Positions 40,801-55,230 of a stretch of DNA of 64,000 nucleotides are shown in pieces. Position 1 is the stretch's first letter. The number at the start of each line of letters is the position of its first letter. A model generated the notes under the pieces. The model was not told the origin of the DNA, did no database searches, and saw only the letters and a program-made list of their open reading frames with translations. The DNA is from Auanema rhodensis. Lineage: Eukaryota; Animalia; Nematoda. The stretch covers positions 2,666,001 to 2,730,000 of the forward strand of contig OZ059900.1 of NCBI GenBank assembly GCA_964057225.1. Direction: 5' to 3'. Both the position numbers and the translations under genes were made by a program.

Positions 40801-43800
40801 TACAAAATCTGTAATACTCGTAAATTTTGATCATATTTGTTAAGATTTGAAAATCAAACACACAATAAACAAAATCAGTCTATTTTTATGAGTTTGCACT
40901 GATATATATTCATTTTGATCAAAAAAGGTCGAAAATAGAAAGAATTTTTGAATTTTCCGAGTTTTGAGTCCAATTGGGCTAAATCGCTCATATATATGAT
41001 CAAAAGCATAGTTTTACTGTCTATGATAACAAAAGTCTTCAAATATACACTAATAAAGATTAAATCACTGAATTTCAGTCAAATAGCATTACTACACTAA
41101 GTATGGTCGTTTTTATGCCTTTAACACCATATACTCACCGATTTTTGGTACAAAATCTGTAATACTCGTAAATTTTGATCATATTCGTTAAGATTTGAGA
41201 ATCAAACACACAATACACAATATCAGTCTATTTTTATGAGCTTGCACTGATATATATTCATTTTGATCAAAAAAGGTCGAAAATAGAAAGAATTTTTGAA
41301 ATTTCCGAGTTTTGAGTCCAATTTGGCTAAATCGCTCATATATATGATCAGAAGCATAGTTCTATTGTCTATAACAACAAAAGTCTTTAATTAAACGCTA
41401 GTGATGTTAAAATCACTGAATTTCACTCAAATAGCATTACTACACTAAGTATGGTCGTTTTTATGCCTTTAACACCATATACTCACCGATTTTTGGTACA
41501 AAATCTGTAATACTTGTAAATTTTGATCATATTCGTTAAGATTTGAGAATCAAACACATAATACACGAAATAAGTCTTTTTTTACAAGTTTGCACTGATA
41601 TTTATTCATTTTGATCAAAAAAGGTCGAAAATAGAAAGAATTTTTGAAATTTCCGAGTTTTGAGTCCAATTTGGCTAAATCGCTCATATATATGATCAGA
41701 AGCATAGTTCTATTGTCTATAACAACAAAAGTCTTTAATTAAACGCTAGTGATGTTTAAATACTGATTTTCGCTCAAATAGCATTACTACACTAAGTATG
41801 GTCGTTTTTATGCCTTTAACACCATATACTCACCGATTTTTGGTACAAAATCTGTAATACTTGTAAATTTTGATCATATTCGTTAAGATTCGAGAATCAA
41901 ACACATAATACACGAAATAAGTCTAGTTTTATGAGTTTGCACTGATATTTATTCATTTTGATCAAAAAAGGTCGAAAATAGAAAGAATTTTTGAATTTTC
42001 CGAGTTTTGAGTCCAAGTGGGCTAAATCGCTCATATATATGATCAAAAGCATAGTTTTACTGTCTATGATAACAAAAGTCTTCAAATATACACTAATAAT
42101 GATTAAATCACTGAATTTCAGTCAAATAGCATTACTACACTAAGTATGGTCGTTTTTATGCCTTTAACACCATATACTCACCGATTTTTGGTACAAAATC
42201 TGTAATACTCGTAAATTTTGATCATATTCGTTAAGATTTGAGAATCAAACATACAATACACAAAATCAGTCTATTTTTATGAGCTTGCACTGATATATAT
42301 TCATTTTGATCAAAAAAGGTCGAAAATAGAAAGAATTTTTGAAATTTCCGAGTTTTGAGTCTAATTTGGCTAAATCGCTCATATATATGATCAGAAGCAT
42401 AGGTGTATTGTCTATGACAACAAAAGTCATTAATTAAACACTAATGATGTTTAAATCACTAAATTTCGCTCTAATAGCATTACTACACTAAGTATGGTCG
42501 TTTTTATGCCTTTAACACCATATACTCACCGATTTTTGGTACAAAATCTGTAATACTCGTAAATTTTGATCATATTCGTTAAGATTTGAGAATCAAACAC
42601 ACAATACACAAAATCAGTCTATTTTTATGAGCTTGCACTGATATATATTCATTTTGATCAAAAAAGGTCGAAAATAGAAAGAATTTTTGAAATTTCCGAG
42701 TTTTGAGTTCAATTTGGCTAAATCGCTCATATATATGATCAAAAGCATAGTTTTACTGTCTATGATAACAAAAGTCTTCAAATATACACTAATAATGATT
42801 AAATCACTGAATTTCAGTCAAATAGCATTACTACACTAAGTATGGTCGTTTTTATGCCTTTAACACCATATACTCACCGATTTTTGGTACAAAATCTGTA
42901 ATACTCGTAAATTTTGATCATATTCGTTAAGATTTGAGAATCAAACACACAATACACAAAATCAGTCTATTTTTATGAGCTTGCACTGATATATATTCAT
43001 TTTGATCAAAAAAGGTCGAAAATAGAAAGAATTTTTGAAATTTCCGAGTTTTGAGTCTAATTTGGCTAAATCGCTCATATATACGATCAGAAGCATAGGT
43101 GTATTGTCTATGACAACAAAAGTCATCAATTAAACGCTAGTGATGTTTTAATACTGAATTTCGCTCAAATAGCATTACTACACTAAGTATGGTCGTTTTT
43201 ATGCCTTTAACACCATATACTCACCGATTTTTGGTACAAAATCTGTAATACTCGTAAATTTTGATCATATCCGTTAAGATTTGAGAATCAAACATACAAT
43301 ACACAAAATCAGTCTATTTTTATGAGCTTGCACTGATATATATTCATTTTGATCAAAAAAGGTCGAAAATAGAAAGAATTTTTGGAATTTCCGAGTTTTG
43401 AGTCTAATTTGGCTAAATCGCTCATATATATGATCAAAAGCATAGTTTTACTGTCTATGATAACAAAAGTCTTCAATTATACACTAATAATGATTAAATC
43501 ACTGAATTTCAGTCAAATAGCATTACTACACTAAGTATGGTCGTTTTTATGCCTTTAACACCATATACTCACCGATTTTTGGTACAAAATCTGTAATACT
43601 TGTAAATTTTGATCATATTTGTTAAGATTCGAGAATCAAACACATAATACACGAAATAAGTCTATTTTTACAAGTTTGCACTGATATTTATTCATTTTGA
43701 TCAAAAAAGGTCGAAAATAGAAAGAATTTTTGAAATTTCCGAGTTTTGAGTCCAATTTGGCTAAATCGCTCATATATAAGATCAAAAGCATAGTTTTATT

Positions 43801-45860
43801 GTCTATAACAACAAAAGTCATCAATTAAACGCTAGTGATGTTTAAATACTGAATTTCGCTCAAATAGCATTACTACACTAAGTATGGTCGTTTATATGCC
43901 TTTAACACCATATACTCACCGATTTTTGGTACAAAATCTGTAATACTCGTAAATTTTGATCATATTCGTTAAGATTTGAGAATCAAACATACAATACACA
44001 AAATCAGTCTATTTTTATGAGCTTGCACTGATATATATTCATTTTGATCAAAAAAGGTCGAAAATAGAAAGAATTTTTGAAATTTCCGAGTTTTGAGTCT
44101 AATTTGGCTAAATCGCTCATATATATGATCAGAAGCATAGTTTCATTGTCTATGACAACAAAAGTCATCAATTAAACGCTAGTGATGTTTAAATACTGAT
44201 TTTCGCTCAAATAGCATTACTACACTAAATATGGTCGTTTTTATGCCTTTAACACCATATACTCACCGATTTTTGGTACAAAATCTGTAATACTCGTAAT
44301 TTTTGATCATATTCGTTAAGATTTGAAAATCAAACACATAATACACGAAATAAGTCTATTTTTATGAGTTTGCACTGATATTTATTCATTTTGATCAAAA
44401 AAGGTCGAAAATAGAAAGAATTTTTGAAATTTCCGAGTTTTGAGTCTAATTTGGCTAAATCGCTCATATATATGATCAGAAGCATAGTTTTATTGTCTAT
44501 GACAACAAAAATCATCAATTAAACGCTAGTGATGTTTAAATACTGATTTTCGCTCAAATAGCATTACTACACTAAGTATGGTCGTTTTTATCCCTTTAAC
44601 ACCATATACTCACCGATTTTTGGTACAAAATCTGTAATACTCGTAAATTTTGATCATATTCGTTAAGATTTGAGAATCAAACATACAATACACAAAATCA
44701 GTCTATTTTTATGAGCTTGCACTGATATATATTCATTTTGATCAAAAAAGGTCGAAAATAGAAAGAATTTTTGAAATTTCCGAGTTTTGAGTCCAATTTG
44801 GCTAAATCGCTCATATATAAGATCAAAAGCATAGTTTTATTGTCTATAACAACAAAAGTCATCAATTAAACGCTAGTGATGTTTAAATACTGAATTTCGC
44901 TCAAATAGCATTACTACACTAAGTATGGTCGTTTTTATGCCTTTAACACCATATACTCACCGATTTTTGGTACAAAATCTGTAATACTCGTAAATTTTGA
45001 TCATATTCGTTAAGATTTGAGAATCAAACATACAATACACAAAATCAGTCTATTTTTATGAGCTTGCACTGATATATATTCATTTTGATCAAAAAAGGTC
45101 GAAAATAGAAAGAATTTTTGAAATTTCCGAGTTTTGAGTCCAATTTGGCTAAATCGCTCATATATAAGATCAAAAGCATAGTTTTATTGTCTATAACAAC
45201 AAAAGTCATCAATTAAACGCTAGTGATGTTTAAATACTGAATTTCGCTCAAATAGCATTACTACACTAAGTATGGTCGTTTTTATGCCTTTAACACCATA
45301 TACTCACCGATTTTTGGTACAAAATCTGTAATACTCGTAAATTTTGATCATATTCGTTAAGATTTGAGAATCAAACATACAATACACAGAATCAGTCTAT
45401 TTTTATGAGCTTGCACTGATATATATTCATTTTGATCAAAAAAGGTCGAAAATAGAAAGAATTTTTGAAATTTCCGAGTTTTGAGTCTAATTTGGCTAAA
45501 TCGCTCATATATATGATCAAAAGCATAGTTTTACTGTCTATGATAACAAAAGTCTTCAAATATACACTAATAATGATTAAATCACTGAATTTCAGTCAAA
45601 TAGCATTACTACACTAAGTATGGTCGTTTTTATGCCTTTAACACCATATACTCACCGATTTTTGGTACAAAATCTGTAATACTCGTAAATTTTGATCATA
45701 TTTGTTAAGATTTGAAAATCAAACACACAATAAACAAAATCAGTCTATTTTTATGAGTTTGCACTGATATATATTCATTTTGATCAAAAAAGGTCGAAAA
45801 TAGAAAGAATTTTTGAATTTTCCGAGTTTTGAGTCCAATTGGGCTAAATCGCTCATATAT
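31123..45860. repeat. Large duplication at 23-monomer period (7994 bp): about 31.1-37.5 kb repeated at about 39.1-45.9 kb
   Basis: 31818/33903/35642/36336 recur at 39812/41897/43636/44330, all +7994. Shared private SNVs: AATAAAGATT, CGTAATTTTT, TTATCCCTTT, ACACAGAATC. Confidence 0.9.
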
Positions 45861-48800
45861 ATGATCAGAAGCATAGGTGTATTGTCTATGACAACAAAAG
45901 TCATTAATTAAACACTAATGATGTTTAAATCACTAAATTTCGCTCTAATAGCATTACTACACTAAGTATGGTCGTTTTTATGCCTTTAACACCATATACT
46001 CACCGATTTTTGGTACAAAATCTGTAATACTCGTAAATTTTGATCATATTCGTTAAGATTTGAGAATCAAACATACAATACACAAAATCAGTCTATTTTT
46101 ATGAGCTTGCACTGATATATATTCATTTTGATCAAAAAAGGTCGAAAACAGAAAGAATTTTTGAAATTTCCGAGTTTTGAGTCTAATTTGGCTAAATCGC
46201 TCATATACATGATCAGAAGCATAGTTTCATTGTCTATGACAACAAAAGTCATCAATTAAACGCTAGTGATGTTTAAATACTGATTTTCGCTCAAATAGCA
46301 TTACTACACTAAGTATGGTCGTTTTTATGCCTTTAACACCATATACTCACCGATTTTTGGTACAAAATCTGTAATACTCGAAAATTTTGATCATATTCGT
46401 TAAGATTTGAAAATCAAACACACAATAAACAAAATCAGTCTATTTTTATGAGTTTGCACTGATATATATTCATTTTGATCAAAAAAGGTCGAAAATAGAA
46501 AGAATTTTTGAATTTTCCGAGTTTTGAGTCGAATTGGGCTAAATCGCTCATATATATGATCAAAAGCATAGTTTTACTGTCTATGATAACAAAAGTCTTC
46601 AAATATACACTAATAATGATTAAATCACTGAATTTCACTCAAATAGCATTACTACACTAAGTATGGTCGTTTTTATGCCTTTAACACCATATACTCACCG
46701 ATTTTTGGTACAAAATCTGTAATACTCGTAAATTTTGATCATATTCGTTAAGATTTGAAAATCAAACACATAATACACGAAATAAGTCTATTTTTATGAG
46801 TTTGCACTGATATTTATTCATTTTGATCGAAAAAGGTCGAAAATAGAAAGAATTTTTGAAATTTCCGAGTTTTGAGTCTAATTTGGCTAAATCGCTCATA
46901 TATATGATCAGAAGCATAGTTTTATTGTCTATGACAACAAAAATCATCAATTAAACGCTAGTGATGTTTAAATACTGATTTTCGCTCAAATAGCATTACT
47001 ACACTAAGTATGGTCGTTTTTATGCCTTTAACACCATATACTCACCGATTTTTGGTACAAAATCTGTGATACTCGTAAATTTTGATCATATTCGGTGAGA
47101 TTTGAGGATCGAACACACAATACACGAAATAAGTTTATTTTTACGAGTTTGCACTGATATTTATTCATTTTTTTCAAAAAAGGTCGAAAATAGAAAGAAT
47201 TTTTGAAATTTCCGAGTTTTGAGTCTAATTTGGCTAAATCGCTCATATATATGATCAAAAGCATAGTTTTACTGTCTATGATAACAAAAGTCTTCAAATA
47301 TACACTAATAATGTGTAAATCACTGAATTTCACTCAAATAGCTTTACTACACTAAGTATGGTCGTTTTTATGCCTTTAACACCATATACTCACCGATTTT
47401 TGGTACAAAATCTGTAATACTCGTAAATTTTGATCATATTCGTTAAGATTTGAGAATCAAACATACAATACACAAAATCAGTCTATTTTTATAAGCTTGC
47501 ACTGATATATATTCATTTTGATCAAAAAAGGTCGAAAATAGAAAGAATTTTTGAAATTTCCGAGTTTTGAGTCTAATTTGGCTAAATCGCTCATATACAT
47601 GATCAGAAGCATAGTTTCATTGTCTATGACAACAAAAGTCATCAATTAAACGCTAGTGATGTTTAAATACTGATTTTCGCTCAAATAGCATTACTACACT
47701 AAGTATGGTCGTTTTTATGCCTTTAACACCATATACTCACCGATTTTTGGTACAAAATCTGTAATACTCGTAAATTTTGATCATATTCGTTAAGATTTGA
47801 AAATCAAACACACAATAAACAAAATCAGTCTATTTTTATGAGTTTGCACTGATATATATTCATTTTGATCAAAAAAGGTCGAAAATAGAAAGAATTTTTG
47901 AATTTTCCGAGTTTTGAGTCCAATTGGGCTAAATCGCTCATATATATGATCAAAAGCATAGTTTTACTGTCTATGATAACAAAAGTCTTCAAATATACAC
48001 TAATAATGATTAAATCACTGAATTTCACTCAAATAGCATTACTACACTAAGTATGGTCGTTTTTATGCCTTTAACACCATATACTCACCGATTTTTGGTA
48101 CAAAATCTGTGATACTCGTAAATTTTGATCATATTCGGTGAGATTCGAGAATCAAACACACAATACACGAAATAAGTTTATTTTTACGAGTTTGCACTGA
48201 TATTTATTCATTTTGATCAAAAAAGGTCGAAAATAGAAAGAATTTTTGAAATTTCCGAGTTTTGAGTCTAATTTGGCTAAATCGCTCATATATATGATCA
48301 AAAGCATAGTTTTATTGTCTATGACAACAAAAGTCATCAATTAAACGCTAGTGATGTTTAAATACTGAATTTCGCTCAAATAGCATTACTACACTAAGTA
48401 TGGTCGTTTTTATGACTTTAACACCATATACTCACCGATTTTTGGTACAAAATCTGTAATACTCGTAAATTTTGATCATATTCGTTAAGATTTGAGAATC
48501 AAACATACAATACACAAAATCAGTCTATTTTTATGAGCTTGCACTGATATATATTCATTTTGATCAAAAAAGGTCGAAAATAGAAAGAATTTTTGAAATT
48601 TACGAGTTTTGAGTCTAATTTGGCTAAATCGCTCATATATATGATCAGAAGCATAGTTTTATTGTCTATGACAACAAAAGTCATTAGTTAAACACTAATG
48701 ATGTTTAAATCACTAAATTTCGCTCAAATAGCATTACTACACTAAGTATGGTCGTTTTTATGCCTTTAACACCATATACTCACCGATTTTTGGTACAAAA

Positions 48801-51800
48801 TCTGTAATACTTGTAAATTTTGATCATATTTGTTAAGATTCGAGAATCAAACACATAATACACGAAATAAGTCTATTTTTATGAGTTTGCACTGATATTT
48901 ATTCATTTTGATCAAAAAAGGTCGAAAATAGAAAGAATTTTTGAATTTTCCGAGTTTTGAGTCCAATTGGGCTAAATCGCTCATATATATGATCAAAAGC
49001 ATAGTTTTACTGTCTATGATAACAAAAGTCTTCAAATATACACTAATAATGATTTAATCACTGAATTTCACTCAAATAGCATTACTACACTAAGTATGGT
49101 CCTTTTTTATGCCTTTAACACCATATACTCACCGATTTTTGGTACAAAATCTGTAATACTCGTAAATTTTGATCATATTCGTTAAGATTTGAGAATCAAA
49201 CATACAATACACAAAATCAGTCTATTTTTATGAGCTTGCACTGATATATATTCATTTTGATCAAAAAAGGTCGAAAATAGAAAGAATTTTTGAAGTTTCC
49301 GAGTTTTGAGTCTAATTTGGCTAAATCGCTCATATATATGATCAAAAGCATAGTTTTACTGTCTATGATAACAAAAGTCTTCAAATATACACTAATAATG
49401 ATTAAATCACTGAATTTCAGTCAAATAGCATTACTACACTAAGTATGGTCGTTTTTATGCCTTTAACACCATATACTCACCGATTTTTGGTACAAAATCT
49501 GTAATACTCGTAAATTTTGATCATATTCGTTAAGATTTGAAAATCAAACACACAATAAACAAAATCAGTCTATTTTTATGAGTTTGCACTGATATATATT
49601 CATTTTGATCAAAAAAGGTCGAAAATAGAAAGAATTTTTGAATTTTCCGAGTTTTGAGTCCAATTGGGCTAAATCGCTCATATATATGATCAAAAGCATA
49701 GTTTTACTGTCTATGATAACAAAAGTCTTCAAATATACACTAATAATGATTTAATCACTGAATTTCACTCAAATAGCATTACTACACTAAGTATGGTCGT
49801 TTTTATGCCTTTAACACCATATACTCACCGATTTTTGGTACAAAATCTGTGATACTCGTAAATTTTGATCATATTCGGTGAGATTCGAGGATCGAACACA
49901 CAATACACGAAATCAGTCTATTTTTATAAGCTTGCACTGATATATATTCATTTTGATCAAAAAAGGTCGAAAATAGAAAGAATTTTTGAAATTTACGAGT
50001 TTTGAGTCTAATTTGGCTAAATCGCTCATATATATGATCAAAAGCATAGTTTTACTGTCTATGATAACAAAAGTCTTCAAATATACACTAATAATGTGTA
50101 AATCACTGAATTTCACTCAAATAGCTTTACTACACTAAGTATGGTCGTTTTTATGCCTTTAACACCATATACTCACCGATTTTTGGTACAAAATCTGTAA
50201 TACTCGTAAATTTTGATCATATTCGTTAAGATTTGAGAATCAAACATACAATACACAAAATCAGTCTATTTTTATAAGCTTGCACTGATATATATTCATT
50301 TTGATCAAAAAAGGTCGAAAATAGAAAGAATTTTTGAAATTTACGAGTTTTGAGTCTAATTTGGCTAAATCGCTCATATATATGATCAAAAGCATAGTTT
50401 TACTGTCTATGATAACAAAAGTCTTCAAATATACACTAATAATGATTTAATCACTGAATTTCACTCAAATAGCATTACTACACTAAGTATGGTCGTTTTT
50501 ATGCCTTTAACACCATATACTCACCGATTTTTGGTACAAAATCTGTAATACTTGTAAATTTTGATCATATTTGTTAAGATTCGAGAATCAAACACATAAT
50601 ACACGAAATAAGTCTATTTTTATGAGTTTGCACTGATATTTATTCATTTTGATCAAAAAAGGTCGAAAATAGAAAGAATTTTTGAATTTTCCGAGTTTTG
50701 AGTCCAATTGGGCTAAATCGCTCATATATATGATCAAAAGCATAGTTTTACTGTCTATGATAACAAAAGTCTTCAAATATACACTAATAATGATTTAATC
50801 ACTGAATTTCACTCAAATAGCATTACTACACTAAGTATGGTCGTTTTTATGCCTTTAACACCATATACTCACCGATTTTTGGTACAAAATCTGTAATACT
50901 CGTAAATTTTGATCATATTCGTTAAGATTTGAGAATCAAACATACAATACACAAAATCAGTCTATTTTTATGAGCTTGCACTGATATATATTCATTTTGA
51001 TCAAAAAAGGTCGAAAATAGAAAGAATTTTTGAAATTTACGAGTTTTGAGTCTAATTTGGCTAAATCGCTCATATATATGATCAAAAGCATAGTTTTACT
51101 GTCTATGATAACAAAAGTCTTCAAATATACACTAATAATGATTTAATCACTGAATTTCACTCAAATAGCATTACTACACTAAGTATGGTCGTTTTTATGC
51201 CTTTAACACCATATACTCACCGATTTTTGGTACAAAATCTGTAATACTCGTAAATTTCGATCATATTCGTTAAGATTTGAGAATCAAACATACAATACAC
51301 AAAATCAGTCTATTTTTATGAGCTTGCACTGATATATATTCATTTTGATCAAAAAAGGTCGAAAATAGAAAGAATTTTTGAAATTTCCGAGTTTTGAGTC
51401 TAATTTGGCTAAATCGCTCATATATATGATCAAAAGCATAGTTTTACTGTCTATGATAACAAAAGTCTTCAAATATACACTAATAATGATTTAATCACTG
51501 AATTTCACTCAAATAGCATTACTACACTAAGTATGGTCGTTTTTATGCCTTTAACACCATATACTCACCGATTTTTGGTACAAAATCTGTAATACTCGTA
51601 AATTTTGATCATATTCGTTAAGATTTGAGAATCAAACATACAATACACGAAATAAGTTTATTTTTACGAGTTTGCACTGATATATATTCATTTTGATCAA
51701 AAAAGGTCGAAAATAGAAAGAATTTTTGAAATTTCCGAGTTTTGAGTCTAATTTGGCTAAATCGCTCATATATATGATCAAAAGCATAGTTTTACTGTCT

Positions 51801-52599
51801 ATGATAACAAAAGTCTTCAAATATACACTAATAATGATTTAATCACTGAATTTCACTCAAATAGCATTACTACACTAAGTATGGTCGTTTTTATGCCTTT
51901 AACACCATATACTCACCGATTTTTGGTACAAAATCTGTAATACTTGTAAATTTTGATCATATTTGTTAAGATTCGAGAATCAAACACATAATACACGAAA
52001 TAAGTCTATTTTTATGAGTTTGCACTGATATTTATTCATTTTGATCAAAAAAGGTCGAAAATAGAAAGAATTTTTGAAATTTACGAGTTTTGAGTCTAAT
52101 TTGGCTAAATCGCTCATATATATGATCAGAAGCATAGTTTTATTGTCTATGACAACAAAAGTCATTAGTTAAACACTAATGATGTTTAAATCACTAAATT
52201 TCGCTCAAATAGCATTACTACACTAAGTATGGTCGTTTTTATGCCTTTAACACCATATACTCACCGATTTTTGGTACAAAATCTGTAATACTCGTAAATT
52301 TTGATCATATTCGTTAAGATTTGAGAATCAAACATACAATACACAAAATCAGTCTATTTTTATGAGCTTGCACTGATATATATTCATTTTGATCAAAAAA
52401 GGTCGAAAATAGAAAGAATTTTTGAAATTTCCGAGTTTTGAGTCTAATTTGGCTAAATCGCTCATATATATGATCAAAAGCATAGTTTTACTGTCTATGA
52501 TAACAAAAGTCTTCAAATATACACTAATAATGATTAAATCACTGAATTTCAGTCAAATAGCATTACTACACTAAGTATGGTCGTTTTTATGCCTTTAAC

Positions 52600-55230
52600 A
52601 CCATATACTCACCGATTTTTGGTACAAAATCTGTGATACTCGTAAATTTTGATCATATTCGGTGAGATTCGAGGATCGAACACACAATACACGAAATAAG
52701 TTTATTTTTACGAGTTTGCACTGATATTTATTCATTTTTATCAAAAAAGGTCGAAAATAGAAAGAATTTTTGAAATTTCCGAGTTTTGAGTCTAATTTGG
52801 CTAAATCGCTCATATATATGATCAAAAGCATAGTTTTACTGTCTATGATAACAAAAGTCTTCAAATATACACTAATAATGTGTAAATCACTGAATTTCAC
52901 TCAAATAGCTTTACTACACTAAGTATGGTCGTTTTTATGCCTTTAACACCATACACTCACCGATTTTTGGTACAAAATCTGTAATACTCGTAAATTTTGA
53001 TCATATTCGTTAAGATTTGAGAATCAAACATACAATACACAAAATCAGTCTATTTTTATAAGCTTGCACTGATATATATTCATTTTGATCAAAAAAGGTC
53101 GAAAATAGAAAGAATTTTTGAAATTTACGAGTTTTGAGTCTAATTTGGCTAAATCGCTCATATATATGATCAGAAGCATAGTTTTATTGTCTATGACAAC
53201 AAAAGTCATTAGTTAAACACTAATGATGTTTAAATCACTAAATTTCGCTCAAATAGCATTACTACACTAAGTATGGTCGTTTTTATGCCTTTAACACCAT
53301 ATACTCACCGATTTTTGTTACAAAATCTGTAATACTTGTAAATTTTGATCATATTTGTTAAGATTCGAGAATCAAACACATAATACACGAAATAAGTCTA
53401 TTTTTATGAGTTTGCACTGATATTTATTCATTTTGATCAAAAAAGGTCGAAAATAGAAAGAATTTTTGAATTTTCCGAGTTTTGAGTCCAATTGGGCTAA
53501 ATCGCTCATATATATGATCAAAAGCATAGTTTTACTGTCTATGATAACAAAAGTCTTCAAATATACACTAATAATGATTTAATCACTGAATTTCACTCAA
53601 ATAGCATTACTACACTAAGTATGGTCGTTTTTATGCCTTTAACACCATATACTCACCGATTTTTGGTACAAAATCTGTAATACTCGTAAATTTTGATCAT
53701 ATTCGTTAAGATTTGAGAATCAAACATACAATACACAAAATCAGTCTATTTTTATGAGCTTGCACTGATATATATTCATTTTGATCAAAAAAGGTCGAAA
53801 ATAGAAAGAATTTTTGAAATTTCCGAGTTTTGAGTCTAATTTGGCTAAATCGCTCATATATATGATCAAAAGCATAGTTTTACTGTCTATGATAACAAAA
53901 GTCTTCAAATATACACTAATAATGATTAAATCACTGAATTTCAGTCAAATAGCATTACTACACTAAGTATGGTCGTTTTTATGCCTTTAACACCATATAC
54001 TCACCGATTTTTGGTACAAAATCTGTAATACTCGTAAATTTTGATCATATTCGTTAAGATTTGAAAATCAAACACACAATAAACAAAATCAGTCTATTTT
54101 TATGAGTTTGCACTGATATATATTCATTTTGATCAAAAAAGGTCGAAAATAGAAAGAATTTTTGAATTTTCCGAGTTTTGAGTCCAATTGGGCTAAATCG
54201 CTCATATATATGATCAAAAGCATAGTTTTACTGTCTATGATAACAAAAGTCTTCAAATATACACTAATAATGATTTAATCACTGAATTTCACTCAAATAG
54301 CATTACTACACTAAGTATGGTCGTTTTTATGCCTTTAACACCATATACTCACCGATTTTTGGTACAAAATCTGTGATACTCGTAAATTTTGATCATATTC
54401 GGTGAGATTCGAGGATCGAACACACAATACACGAAATAAGTTTATTTTTACGAGTTTGCACTGATATTTATTCATTTTTATCAAAAAAGGTCGAAAATAG
54501 AAAGAATTTTTGAAATTTCCGAGTTTTGAGTCTAATTTGGCTAAATCGCTCATATATATGATCAAAAGCATAGTTTTACTGTCTATGATAACAAAAGTCT
54601 TCAAATATACACTAATAATGTGTAAATCACTGAATTTCACTCAAATAGCTTTACTACACTAAGTATGGTCGTTTTTATGCCTTTAACACCATATACTCAC
54701 CGATTTTTGGTACAAAATCTGTAATACTCGTAAATTTTGATCATATTCGTTAAGATTTGAGAATCAAACATACAATACACAAAATCAGTCTATTTTTATG
54801 AGCTTGCACTGATATATATTCATTTTGATCAAAAAAGGTCGAAAATAGAAAGAATTTTTGAAATTTACGAGTTTTGAGTCTAATTTGGCTAAATCGCTCA
54901 TATATATGATCAGAAGCATAGTTTTATTGTCTATGACAACAAAAGTCATTAGTTAAACACTAATGATGTTTAAATCACTAAATTTCGCTCAAATAGCATT
55001 ACTACACTAAGTATGGTCGTTTTTATGCCTTTAACACCATATACTCACCGATTTTTGGTACAAAATCTGTAATACTTGTAAATTTTGATCATATTTGTTA
55101 AGATTCGAGAATCAAACACATAATACACGAAATAAGTCTATTTTTATGAGTTTGCACTGATATTTATTCATTTTGATCAAAAAAGGTCGAAAATAGAAAG
55201 AATTTTTGAATTTTCCGAGTTTTGAGTCTA
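52600..55230. repeat. 5-monomer HOR (1740 bp), about 1.5 copies, with related copies at about 48.5-50.9 kb
   Basis: 52595->54335 and 53372->55112 are +1740; 48847->50588 is +1741. Markers are GAGGATCGAAC, TTTACGAG and CATTAGTT. Confidence 0.75.
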
